Shown in pieces: positions 1 to 8,858 of a DNA stretch of 64,000 bases. A program made the position numbers and the translations under genes. This stretch comes from an uncultured virus (IMG/VR IMGVR_UViG_2775507275_000005) (taxonomy: Duplodnaviria; Heunggongvirae; Uroviricota; Caudoviricetes): IMG/VR virus record IMGVR_UViG_2775507275_000005; one strand, written 5' to 3'. Each line of letters starts with the position of its first letter. The stretch's first letter is position 1. Under the pieces are notes generated by a model. It was not told where the DNA came from. It worked only from the letters and a program-made list of their open reading frames with translations, and did not search any database.

Positions 1-1134
1 ATGCAGCCAAAAATCATATCTGTCTTCAACAATAAGGGTGGTGTCGGCAAAACCACGCTAACGTTTCACTTAGGTCATGCACTTGCAGAACTCGGACATA
101 AAGTGCTTATGGTCGATCTCGATCCACAGTGCAATCTTTCAATCTACGGAATACCCGTTGATAAGATTCAGGCGATATGGGACGCCGAGAATCCTTACAT
201 TGATGAGCCGGGCTTCGCAGACACGCGAAAAATCGTTCCGCCTGCACAATTCCAAAGTCTATGCACCGAACCACGCACAATGCACTTCCTTCTCAAACCC
301 ACTGAGGAAGGAACTGCCGAATTAGATTCGCTCCCGCCCCCGGTGCCCCTCGCTCAGAATCTTGACCTCATTCCGGGGAGACTTACCCTGCACATGTACG
401 AGGAGATGATTTCAAGAAGATGGAGTGATGCGTTTATTGGCCAGCCGTTAGCACTGCGGACTCTCGGGGAAATGCGCCGACTAATCTTGGCCTATGCAAA
501 GCAAAATAATTATCAGTATTGCATTGTAGATACCTCGCCCAGCCTAGGTCCGTTAAACAAGGTAGCCCTAAGCACGGTTGATGCGTTTCTCGTCCCATGC
601 GCACCTGATTTATTTAGCCTGTATGGCGTCAGAAACATTGGTAATTCATTACAACGTTGGTCTCACGAATTCAAGACGCTGTACACACTTATCTCCCCGA
701 CTCGCCGAAATTCCTTGCCAGAGCGAATGGTTCGCTTTCTCGGGTACACCGTGTACAACGCAAAGCTGAGAACAGGGGCGACCGAATGGGATATGGCAAT
801 TGCACATTATGATTACGCCAGACAAATTTCGGAAACAATTTCCGCTCACGTACCCACGGAATTAAGTGCGGGCATCGATGAGGCCGTATTGCGTGAACCG
901 ATAGGCGGCACAGCCGTAATGCACACGCACAACACGTTTCCATCACATGCGCAAAAGTATCATTGCCCGATGTGGCGTCTCCCCACTCTTCCTAATCTCG
1001 AAGCGGGGGATCAAGCGACGATTCAACTTAATCGGGATCGCTATCTCGCGACGCAAGGTGCTTATCATGTATTCGCGAAGAGCGTAGTCGAGCGTACCGA
1101 TGACTTGTCACCGACCGTAGAGGCACATCAATGA
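1..1134 (+). CDS. ParA/MinD-family ATPase (large, island-associated type)
   Basis: Deviant Walker A NNKGGVGKTT, DLDPQCN, Walker B IVDTSPSLG, PCAPDLFS; no parB neighbour inside the window. Confidence 0.9.
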   Translation: MQPKIISVFNNKGGVGKTTLTFHLGHALAELGHKVLMVDLDPQCNLSIYGIPVDKIQAIWDAENPYIDEPGFADTRKIVPPAQFQSLCTEPRTMHFLLKPTEEGTAELDSLPPPVPLAQNLDLIPGRLTLHMYEEMISRRWSDAFIGQPLALRTLGEMRRLILAYAKQNNYQYCIVDTSPSLGPLNKVALSTVDAFLVPCAPDLFSLYGVRNIGNSLQRWSHEFKTLYTLISPTRRNSLPERMVRFLGYTVYNAKLRTGATEWDMAIAHYDYARQISETISAHVPTELSAGIDEAVLREPIGGTAVMHTHNTFPSHAQKYHCPMWRLPTLPNLEAGDQATIQLNRDRYLATQGAYHVFAKSVVERTDDLSPTVEAHQ

Positions 1135-1832
1135 GTGCGGTGTCACCTACTCCTGAGGAGATTGAGGCTGCGCTTGCCGCATTCGAAATGCGGCGAGACG
1201 AGGTAAATTTGTTCCGCAAGCAAGTCGCTGACTTCTTTTCTACCAGTCGGTCACTCAATAGTGCCCCGCTTCCTGCCGTACATTCAGTCAAATCACGCGT
1301 TAAGGACGCGGACCATTTGCGCGAGAAGATCAAACGCAAATGGATGGATGGCCCCATCGACGCGACGAATTTCTTTACTCGCATCAATGATGCAGCAGGT
1401 GTTCGCGTATTGCACTTACATTCGCGACAGTTCGAGACCATCCATCAAGCGACGATTGGTCACATTGAACAAGGGTACTGGTATCTCGCGGAGCCCCCAA
1501 TTGCCTACAGTTGGGACCCTGAGGCCACTGCATTCTTCACAGGCTTGGGTCTGCGCGCCGAAATTCGCGATACGTATTACACGAGCATCCACTACATAGT
1601 GAAGCCTCAAGAACGCGTTGACTTAACTTGCGAGATTCAGGTACGTACACTCTTTGAAGAAGTTTGGGGAGAAATCGATCATGCCCTCAACTACCCTACT
1701 CCAACTACAAGCCTGCCGTGCAAAGAGCAGTTGCGAGTGCTCGCAAAACTGGCATCGACCGGCACGCGATTGGCAGATGCCATCTTCGCGATTCACGAGC
1801 ATGGCACCCAAGACGGCCAGCGCGCCGCTTAA
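1131..1832 (+). CDS. RelA/SpoT-domain small alarmone synthetase-like protein (no hydrolase domain)
   Basis: Synthetase motifs SRVKDADHLREKIKRK, INDAAGVR, YTSIHYIV, CEIQVRTLFEEVWGEIDH; ATGA overlap with the ParA gene. Confidence 0.88.
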   Translation: MSAVSPTPEEIEAALAAFEMRRDEVNLFRKQVADFFSTSRSLNSAPLPAVHSVKSRVKDADHLREKIKRKWMDGPIDATNFFTRINDAAGVRVLHLHSRQFETIHQATIGHIEQGYWYLAEPPIAYSWDPEATAFFTGLGLRAEIRDTYYTSIHYIVKPQERVDLTCEIQVRTLFEEVWGEIDHALNYPTPTTSLPCKEQLRVLAKLASTGTRLADAIFAIHEHGTQDGQRAA

Positions 1833-1944
1833 CACTTGCGATACTCGATCGATGGCGACACGGTAGAATTTCGCCACACTCTCGCCACAGTGAGAGTGCA
1901 TCAGACGTGTATCCAATCGTAACCAAGCGGTTAAGGCGAGATTG

Positions 1945-1957
1945 TAAGTGCTTGAAT
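1945..1957 (-). promoter_or_regulatory. IHF-like site left of the att core
   Basis: ATTCAAGCACTTA on the minus strand, one mismatch to WATCAANNNNTTR. Confidence 0.45.
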
Positions 1958-1970
1958 AAGCGAGGAATTC

Positions 1971-2015
1971 TGGCCCGCCCTACACGATTCGAACGTGTGA
2001 CCTACGGCTTAGAAG
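1971..2015 (-). repeat. 3' half of tRNA-Arg(TCT); prophage att core duplicate
   Basis: Minus strand CTTCTAAGCCGTAGGTCACACGTTCGAATCGTGTAGGGCGGGCCA contains the anticodon loop, T-arm (ACACG-TTCGAAT-CGTGT) and CCA end; the 5' half is absent. Confidence 0.9.
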
Positions 2016-2055
2016 AACGGCAGTTTGATAAGTAGCAGAAACGGAAGCGCAGTAA

Positions 2056-2068
2056 AATCAATGACTTG
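2056..2068 (+). promoter_or_regulatory. IHF site in the prophage att arm
   Basis: AATCAATGACTTG matches WATCAANNNNTTR exactly. Confidence 0.6.
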
Positions 2069-2212
2069 CAGCGATCGCCACATCTAATCGGCTGCGCTTC
2101 CGGTGCCAATTTTCGCCCTTTCGCGACGATTCTCGTCAAGATTTCGTCAAGGTCTCTGCACCCCACTTCGGGAGTCGGCTGATAGGCGAGCCGACCGACC
2201 GGACGCCCCCCC

Positions 2213-2412
2213 CTATTTCCGGCTTCCACCGCCGTCACCGAGGTCCTTGAGGCGCTTTTTGAGTTTCTGGTTCTGGACTACGAGTAGCGCGAGAGCAATC
2301 AACGTCGCGACTGGAAAAAACCACTCGCCGGAGTAATGAAGCAACGCCCACACGACCGCAGCAATCACGATGGCAAGGCGATCAGCACCAATCTGTCGGT
2401 CAGCTGGCTCAT
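2213..2412 (-). pseudogene. Small membrane protein, frameshifted
   Basis: MSQLTDRLVLIA continues as AIVIAAVVWALLHYSGEWFFPVATLIALALLVVQNQKLKK* only after restoring 1 nt near 2375; span is 200 nt. Confidence 0.55.
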
Positions 2413-2825
2413 GCTGCGGCTCTCCCTACAACCTGCGTGCGGAACGCAAACGCGCGTGCGCCCGGCCCCGGCCGGAGCACCTCGGGGTGCATTTGGATAG
2501 CGCGGTATACGTCCCGCGGCAGCGAAACGCCCTTCCGCGCTGCCCATTGGCGCACGGATGACGTCGCCGAGATCTTATTGCTGCACGTAATTGACGCATC
2601 GGTCGCGACGATCAGGCTGCTGACGACTGCACCCGCATAGAACGCGGCTCCACATGCCGAAACTACAGCGAGCATCTCGAGCCCGGTCGTTGCACCAATC
2701 AGTTCGGCGACTGTCGCGTCAGGACCCAGAGCCTTCAGAGTGCCGAGGATCGTGGTCAGTGAACCCGTCGCTGTCTGTACGGTTCCGAAAAGGCTCTCAG
2801 GCGCTAGCAGCCCTAGCGCTTCCAT
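2409..2825 (-). pseudogene. Hydrophobic Ala/Gly-rich hypothetical protein, probably 5'-truncated
   Basis: MEALGLLAPESLFGT...AAFYAGAVVSSLIVAT; no clear RBS or start, and it abuts the hairpin of the upstream module. Confidence 0.45.
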
Positions 2826-2842
2826 GTTCGCTTTGAATGAAA

Positions 2843-2868
2843 TGAAGCCCCGCCAAGACGGGGCTTCA
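2843..2868. terminator. Hairpin after the DUF2335-like gene
   Basis: TGAAGCCCCG-CCAAGA-CGGGGCTTCA, perfect 10-bp stem. Confidence 0.6.
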
Positions 2869-2871
2869 GGA

Positions 2872-3279
2872 CTACTTGCCGTTCGGGCCGGGCTTGGGCG
2901 GCGTTCGTACAGCCTTCCCGATGACGAAGACGGAAACCAGGCTGACAAGTGTTGCGCCACCAATTCCAACTGCTGCCCAATCGTGGCCCATGATCGCAAG
3001 TAACGCCGCAATGCCCAGCCCAACTACGCCGATAACGAATCCGGACAGAATGCCCGCCATGCGCTCGGCAAATCGGAAGGTGTTGATGCGGTGTGTCTCC
3101 GACCGGCGAAATTCGCCTTCGACACGCGCCTGCTCAAACACCCATTCGACCTTATCCGGAGCAATTTCCTTCAGGCGCTCGATCTGCGCCATCGGAAGGA
3201 GGGGCGCGTCAGTTTCGTGATGCGATACAGTGAGACTCCGGTCCTTATCCTTCACCTGTGCCGTTGTTTGTCGCCCCAT
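2872..3279 (-). CDS. DUF2335-like predicted membrane protein
   Basis: PLLPMAQIERLKEIAPDKVEWVFEQARVEGEFRR followed by two transmembrane helices. Confidence 0.7.
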   Translation of the reverse strand: MGRQTTAQVKDKDRSLTVSHHETDAPLLPMAQIERLKEIAPDKVEWVFEQARVEGEFRRSETHRINTFRFAERMAGILSGFVIGVVGLGIAALLAIMGHDWAAVGIGGATLVSLVSVFVIGKAVRTPPKPGPNGK

Positions 3280-3463
3280 TTTTCCCCGTGAGACAGTAGT
3301 AAGACTGCCGTTCAACGCGCGCTGCTACGCGCCGCATATCTGCCCCGACAGCCTCAAAGTCTCTCGCTTGGTCGCCTCTGCGGGGAATTTCGTATTGTGG
3401 GAAACTACCAAATGCGTTCAGCGACAAACCCATGCCAGCCAAGGCTTCGAGCAAGTGCTTCAT
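3245..3463 (-). CDS. Small hypothetical protein, upstream partner of the DUF2335-like gene
   Basis: GGAG RBS, overlaps the next gene, DQARDFEAVGADM motif. Confidence 0.6.
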   Translation of the reverse strand: MKHLLEALAGMGLSLNAFGSFPQYEIPRRGDQARDFEAVGADMRRVAARVERQSYYCLTGKNGATNNGTGEG

Positions 3464-3780
3464 TGCTTTCTCCAATTGGTCGACAGGAATCCCCAAGCTA
3501 GGCGCACGAGCGCCTCTCAAACATATGACAAAAAGCTAGGGGGTGGATGCATTGTACCCTCGAAACGTAAACCGCGTACTTGACAAGACAAAAAAACTCC
3601 AATCAAGTTCAATTATCGGCAGCAGACGCCCGAACTCAAGATAGGGGCAACACGAATGCACGAAAACAGATGCGGCAAATTGTCGCGGCGAGCACGTTCC
3701 AGTACCCGAAAAGAACCCGGAACCATTTTCCGTAAGCCTCACCTCGCCTTGAGATCCGATCATTCCGTGAGGCGCGCTCT

Positions 3781-4449
3781 TCAGTCAAGGTCGGCGACCA
3801 TCCCGTCAGCGGAATAGAGTTGCAACATCGCGCGAGCAGCCTCGACGTTCGACGTCGTGAGCCATTCTTCCCAATCGACCGGGCGAAGTATGACGACCGA
3901 CCGCTTTTCGTCGCCCGGCTTATGCATGCGCGACATGATGGGATGGCCCTCGGCATTGACCGTGATCATCGCCATCGTGTGCGTCTCTCTTCCATCCTCA
4001 CCCTTCAGGGTGCGCCAGATCCCTGCGACGCAGTACGGCCGCCAATCAGCCAGCCCGATTCGATGCCAGACGTTTCGGCCGGTCTCGTAGCACGGCTCGT
4101 AAATCCATTGCACCGGAATCAGACAGCGGCGACCGGCGCGCCACGCCGGCCCGTATAGCGGCGACTTCCCAAGATTGTCGTCACGCACGTTCATCGTGCT
4201 ACGCATGATCGGCGGCGCTTTGCCCTCAGCCTTCGCTTTATCGATGTTCGCCTTCTGCATCGCACGCGGCCAGTAACCAAACCCCGCGAGGAACGCCTCG
4301 ACGCGCCCGTCGATCATCGCAACCGTGGGCGCAAGATAGTCCGGGTAGATCTCAGGCTCCCAGGGCGCTCTCTTCCATAGGTCAATCAAGCCAAGCCGAA
4401 GCTCGCTGATGCCCGGATCTTCGTCGGGGGCGCGATAGTTGGTGCACAC
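3781..4449 (-). CDS. SOS response-associated peptidase (SRAP/HMCES/YedK family)
   Basis: GTG start giving (M)CTNY with the catalytic Cys2; RRCLIPVQWIYEP, MHKPGDEKRSVVIL; GAGG RBS. Confidence 0.88.
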   Translation of the reverse strand: MCTNYRAPDEDPGISELRLGLIDLWKRAPWEPEIYPDYLAPTVAMIDGRVEAFLAGFGYWPRAMQKANIDKAKAEGKAPPIMRSTMNVRDDNLGKSPLYGPAWRAGRRCLIPVQWIYEPCYETGRNVWHRIGLADWRPYCVAGIWRTLKGEDGRETHTMAMITVNAEGHPIMSRMHKPGDEKRSVVILRPVDWEEWLTTSNVEAARAMLQLYSADGMVADLD

Positions 4450-4500
4450 GGCGGCACCTCTTTTCAGGGGATGGATCACTTCATCATAGTCCAAGATATA

Positions 4501-4516
4501 CTGTATAAAATTACAG
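4501..4516. promoter_or_regulatory. LexA (SOS) box
   Basis: CTGTATAAAATTACAG = CTG-N10-CAG with an AT-rich core, between two divergent genes. Confidence 0.8.
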
Positions 4517-4534
4517 GTTTTCTCGTATTACGAA

Positions 4535-5176
4535 ATGATCCTGCCACCGTTCAATCCGCCCAAGCTACCCGAGATGACCGAGTGGTGGACGCGCTGCACG
4601 TATGCGGACGTCCAACGGCTGATTCTCGAAGTTCAACACCAGCGCCTCACTTTGTGGGAGCTCCGCAGCTGCATTGCCGATGCGTCGCGGCGGGCGCGCG
4701 CAATCGACCCGTCGTTGCTCGAGTATGGCGCGCCGCTACGGAGGCTCGGCTACATCGTCGACAAGGAAATTGGTCGTGCCGCCCCGTTCGCTCGCATGCA
4801 GGAACCGGTCGTGCCGTTTTCCGACGAGTGGCGTGCGCGCCAAGAAATCAGGTCAAAGCGCTGGGAGTCGCCAGACGACGCGCCGCCCGGCGCATCGCCG
4901 AAATCAATCCCGCAATTTCAGCGGGTAACGTGGGCTGAACTGCGCGAAAAATGGCGTCTCGAGGAAGGCAAGAAGGTCGGCCGGTATACGCTCGAGCAAC
5001 GCATGGCTCTCGAGATCGCATATTTGCGAAACAACATTGTTGGAAAATCGCGAAAGCTCGTCGACGCAGCTCGAGCTGAGGCAGAGAAACACGGGATGGA
5101 GCTATTCGCGCTCGACCAGTTGAAGCGCATCCTTGAAGTCGAGCGCGGCGAAGAGGCGTTCTATCGCATCACGTAG
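4535..5176 (+). CDS. Hypothetical protein divergent from SRAP
   Basis: 213-aa ORF with two internally similar halves (VQRLILEVQHQR / EQRMALEIAYLR). Confidence 0.7.
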   Translation: MILPPFNPPKLPEMTEWWTRCTYADVQRLILEVQHQRLTLWELRSCIADASRRARAIDPSLLEYGAPLRRLGYIVDKEIGRAAPFARMQEPVVPFSDEWRARQEIRSKRWESPDDAPPGASPKSIPQFQRVTWAELREKWRLEEGKKVGRYTLEQRMALEIAYLRNNIVGKSRKLVDAARAEAEKHGMELFALDQLKRILEVERGEEAFYRIT

Positions 5177-5308
5177 CAGGGACAAAAGATGAACGACCAG
5201 AACTTTCTCGATGAGATGCGAAGACCTGCTCGACTGTGGCGAACGCCACTCTCGCCGGCCACCTACTGCCCGCCCAAAACGGGAGCGGCGCGGCGAACTG
5301 CCGATGCA

Positions 5309-6400
5309 TCAGACTGGATCGCCACTACTGCTCGGAATCGAGCCTTTGGGCAAACGCGGCGTTTTGAGAATCGCAGCCTTCGCACTGAGCAATTCGTCGT
5401 CGCCCACCTCGAAGCGGCGCAGCCACGCTGCCGTTGATTCGCGCGTGTTGTAGACCGGCGCGCCGGCGTTGACCGTGCCGCGCTGAAGAATGTCCATGCT
5501 TTCCGCTCGCACGCGCCGCAGTGCCTTATCGAGGACGACGTAGGCCGGTGGCAAGAACGGGGGTTGCTCCTCGCGCTCGGAGAGACCCGACTCAGGCAAT
5601 ACGCCCGCACGGACGATAACGCCGGCACCGTAATCACCAATGGCAAACCAATTCGGAGGGAGTTCCGACGTCAGCGCGCGAACACCGCCGACGGTGTCCA
5701 ACATGGGCTTGCCGATGGCTGTCAGCCAATTGACGGATTTAATTTTGCCCTTCAGATCGCGGGCTGAAGTCGATCCGGGGTCGCCGACATCGAGCCCCGG
5801 CATAATTTGCGCGATCCAGTATTCCGTCGCCTCATTCTCGTGAGGAGCGGTCGGGGAAAGGTTGACGGCGAAGCCCGCCTGACCTTGAACGGCATCTAAG
5901 CGGCGCGCAGCATCAAAGAACAGTTTTGCGAAGGCATCGGGGTTCTCTTGGACAGCCACAACCGGCCATGAGAACGCAAGGGAGTTGAGACCGCGATTGC
6001 CCATCTTCTCTTGCCACTGGCGCTGACCCACGACCTCGAATCTCCAAAAACTTGCGTCCGAGGCTTGCTCCCCGCCAACGTAGCAGAAGTCGAAACGGTC
6101 CTCAGGACCGAGCTTACTGGCTGCTGCACGCAGAGGCTTGGCTCGCGCGAACGGTTGCGCCGCCTTCCCGTTACTCCATAGGAACGTCAATTTGCATTCG
6201 GGTACAGCACAGTAGTCGTCGAAACAGTCGGCAACCGCCGCGCGGACGGCGGGATCGAATGCACGCTCAAAATAGAGCGACGCGCGCACGACGACGGCCG
6301 CTCCGATTCCACCGGTTGCGTAGCGAGGTTCCAAAAGACCATTGGGCACCAGCGCTTTGCCCTGATTGGCCTTTGCCCATTCGAGAAAATTCTGATCCAT
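5309..6400 (-). CDS. DUF3396 / TsiV-like type VI immunity protein
   Basis: VQGQAGFAVN, PGLDVGD, KIKSVNWLTAIG, GVIVRAGVLP, PPAYV, AWLRRF; directly downstream of VRR-NUC. Confidence 0.85.
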   Translation of the reverse strand: MDQNFLEWAKANQGKALVPNGLLEPRYATGGIGAAVVVRASLYFERAFDPAVRAAVADCFDDYCAVPECKLTFLWSNGKAAQPFARAKPLRAAASKLGPEDRFDFCYVGGEQASDASFWRFEVVGQRQWQEKMGNRGLNSLAFSWPVVAVQENPDAFAKLFFDAARRLDAVQGQAGFAVNLSPTAPHENEATEYWIAQIMPGLDVGDPGSTSARDLKGKIKSVNWLTAIGKPMLDTVGGVRALTSELPPNWFAIGDYGAGVIVRAGVLPESGLSEREEQPPFLPPAYVVLDKALRRVRAESMDILQRGTVNAGAPVYNTRESTAAWLRRFEVGDDELLSAKAAILKTPRLPKGSIPSSSGDPV

Positions 6401-6427
6401 ATTCGCGTCGATGCTAGGAAGGCTCAA

Positions 6428-7162
6428 TTATGGAACGACTATGGGGGGCGGTGGCAACGGCAAACCACCCATGCCAGGCGGGGAAGCAGGACTGCGGTTA
6501 AGTAGTTGACGCAGGGAACGCCCGAGTTCGGAGAGCGCCTCAGAAACCGCTCGGAGCGGACTTTCATTGGCGTCATCGTCGGAACAGTCACAGTCGCCGG
6601 GGCCCATAGTCGCAACCTTTTCGGGCAAACCGGCAATGCGTGCGTAGTCGTCCTCTTGCTCGCGATCCCTTTCTTGAGGCGGGAATTTAATCTCCACCAC
6701 GCTCTTGATGTTGTCCTGAGTTGGCGGCAGAGATCCGTCCTTGACAATCACCACGTCGGGGCGCCGAACAGCACCGGCGCCAGCGGGATACGCATCTTTC
6801 CCGCCAGGCCAGTATTTTTGAATCCAGCCTGGCAAGTAAGGGTGCGGCTCCAAGGGAGACGCGGAGCGCATGATTGGCGACGGAGGGATCTGCGTCATGT
6901 CGTAGTTGACTTCCGACTTGTACGGGCTCTTCCACCCCATCGACCGATCCACGTCGCGCAGGTTGCGCGAAACGCACTGCTGCTTGAGGCTTTGGCCCGA
7001 TGCACCAGTGTCTGGTTCTCGACTGCATACACAAACGGCCTTGCAAATGACCTTTTTATCGACAGGGTCGGGCGTAGCGGGCCGAAGACGCACGGGCGTC
7101 GTTTCGCCCTTCGGCGACATGCCACCTTGACCGGAGTTGGCTCCGTAGGCACGACCACTCAT
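6428..7162 (-). CDS. VRR-NUC (TseV-like) nuclease T6SS effector
   Basis: YKSEVNYDM, RRPDVVIV...VVEIKFP..D...EQEDDY PD-(D/E)XK core; Cys-rich N-terminus. Confidence 0.85.
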   Translation of the reverse strand: MSGRAYGANSGQGGMSPKGETTPVRLRPATPDPVDKKVICKAVCVCSREPDTGASGQSLKQQCVSRNLRDVDRSMGWKSPYKSEVNYDMTQIPPSPIMRSASPLEPHPYLPGWIQKYWPGGKDAYPAGAGAVRRPDVVIVKDGSLPPTQDNIKSVVEIKFPPQERDREQEDDYARIAGLPEKVATMGPGDCDCSDDDANESPLRAVSEALSELGRSLRQLLNRSPASPPGMGGLPLPPPPIVVP

Positions 7163-7719
7163 AAAACACCGCCTTCGCCCGGCCCCTGAGTCGACTCGGC
7201 TGAAAATTGCAACGATCCAGCCGTGTTTGCCTCGTGCCACTGCGTGTAGCCGTCGGCGTCGGTCTGGCCGGATATTGTCCGGCCGTCCGCTGTTTGCAGA
7301 ACGTAGGGATGGTTCGCGATCGGTTTTCCAGTCGTCTCGTCAAATACCTGGAAGCGCCCACGGTATAGATTGTCCGGCCCTCGTGACATCGACTGCGGGA
7401 CGACGCTCTTCCCACCGCCGATCGAATTGCCGCCAGCGGCCCCTGATGTAGGGGCAACCGTGGCGAAGCCTTGCGACGCGATAAGCGTTGCCCCACACGC
7501 GGTCTTGTCTCCGTCTGTAGCAATCGGCCTGTCACCAAACGTCATGTTCAACTCGCGCTTTACGCTGACGATCGGGTAAATCCCACCACACCGCGGACAC
7601 GTCACCATGTCGCCAAGCAATGCGATTGCCCTTCCATGAACCGTGTTAGCGACGTTACAGCCGACCACACGCCCCCCATGCGTGGTCGTGTCCCCCTCGC
7701 AAATAAACGCAAACCCCAT
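7159..7719 (-). CDS. PAAR domain protein with C-terminal extension
   Basis: GDTTTHGGRV, GDMVTCPRCGG, GDKTACGATLIASQ; C-terminal GQTDADGYT motif. Confidence 0.92.
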   Translation of the reverse strand: MGFAFICEGDTTTHGGRVVGCNVANTVHGRAIALLGDMVTCPRCGGIYPIVSVKRELNMTFGDRPIATDGDKTACGATLIASQGFATVAPTSGAAGGNSIGGGKSVVPQSMSRGPDNLYRGRFQVFDETTGKPIANHPYVLQTADGRTISGQTDADGYTQWHEANTAGSLQFSAESTQGPGEGGVL

Positions 7720-7897
7720 GTCGAACTCTCCACAAGGAAATTTTCGATGGAATGTAGCACGGGGGAAATTGCCGGAACCACCCTGTCAGACATGACAGGA
7801 ATCCAAATCCGTAATTCCGCGAACACCGGAGTTGGATAAAAGCAATGCACCCGATTTTGGAGGCAAAGCCCCGGCCGGGCGACCGGGGCAACAAGCA

Positions 7898-8797
7898 TTA
7901 TTTCTTAACAGGCTCGATACCCCAGCATTGCGCGGACCGCCCTTCTTCCGGGATGGCCTCGCGGTTGTACTTGCACTTGTTGATCGTATCGAGCGCTACC
8001 TTGTAGCGCTCAACCAGCGGATCGACGATGCTCGCGATCTGAGCGTCTTGCGCGACCTTATCCGGCGTACTGCAATCGGCGCCCATGTGTGCGACATCCG
8101 GCTGAGACGTACCGCCAACTGTATCAACCGGAAAGACGTTGTTATTCGCAGCCACTTCAATGGCTCGATAAAGCGCTTTAGACGCGGTCGGATACGTCGT
8201 CGAAACAGCGCGTCCGGCTGCGTCGACCGAACTGACTACCTTATCGGGAGCGCACGACATGATCGGGAGGGCGGCGAATACCACCCGCCCTTTCATATAC
8301 TCTCGTTCCACGTAGATCAGCAGTTCGTTTTTGAAGCGATCCACCATCTCCGACTTCTCGTTCGAATCGATATAGCCCGTCATATCGTCGAACTGGAAAT
8401 TGACGAGCACCCATTCGCTGATGTTCGTTTTCGAGTTATAAACTTCGTCGATTGCCGGGCCGATTCCGTTGTTCTCGGACATGACGAGTTGGTGCAACGT
8501 CGTTCCATTGACAATGCCGGGATACACCCCGACATCCGCGCCGCGGGCCTTGAAGGCATCTTGAAGTGCGGCAATGGTGGCCGCGCCATCCGCCGAGCTG
8601 CTCTGGCTCGATAGGTTGCTCGAAACGTTGGCACCCGCGGCCATCGCCCGCGCTCGTTGCTCCGACACCAGCGGCGCGCCCGAATAGGTGAGCTTAATTG
8701 CCGGGCCAGACGATCCCCCACCACCATCATCCCCACCGCCACATGCGGAAACGTAGAGGCAAAGCGGAAGCGCCATGTAGGCGAAGGTTCTTTTCAT
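7898..8797 (-). CDS. Lipoprotein, moron downstream of the spanins
   Basis: Lipobox LYVSA-C followed by a Gly/Ser linker. Confidence 0.75.
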   Translation of the reverse strand: MKRTFAYMALPLCLYVSACGGGDDGGGGSSGPAIKLTYSGAPLVSEQRARAMAAGANVSSNLSSQSSSADGAATIAALQDAFKARGADVGVYPGIVNGTTLHQLVMSENNGIGPAIDEVYNSKTNISEWVLVNFQFDDMTGYIDSNEKSEMVDRFKNELLIYVEREYMKGRVVFAALPIMSCAPDKVVSSVDAAGRAVSTTYPTASKALYRAIEVAANNNVFPVDTVGGTSQPDVAHMGADCSTPDKVAQDAQIASIVDPLVERYKVALDTINKCKYNREAIPEEGRSAQCWGIEPVKK

Positions 8798-8858
8798 ATT
8801 CGATCTCAGGTCCATAGATGTTGTTCACTTCATGAGCCGCCGAGTTTACATTCGATTT

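Noticed and set aside
1..1134. Plasmid or chromosome partition locus
   Set aside because: No parB or parS-like repeats in the window; the gene is coupled to a synthetase instead (upstream context not visible)
1971..2015. Functional tRNA-Arg gene
   Set aside because: Only the anticodon-to-CCA half is present; the D-arm and 5' acceptor strand are missing
5189..5437. 82-aa ORF downstream of the SOS-linked gene
   Set aside because: Mostly overlaps the DUF3396 gene on the opposite strand, with no motif support
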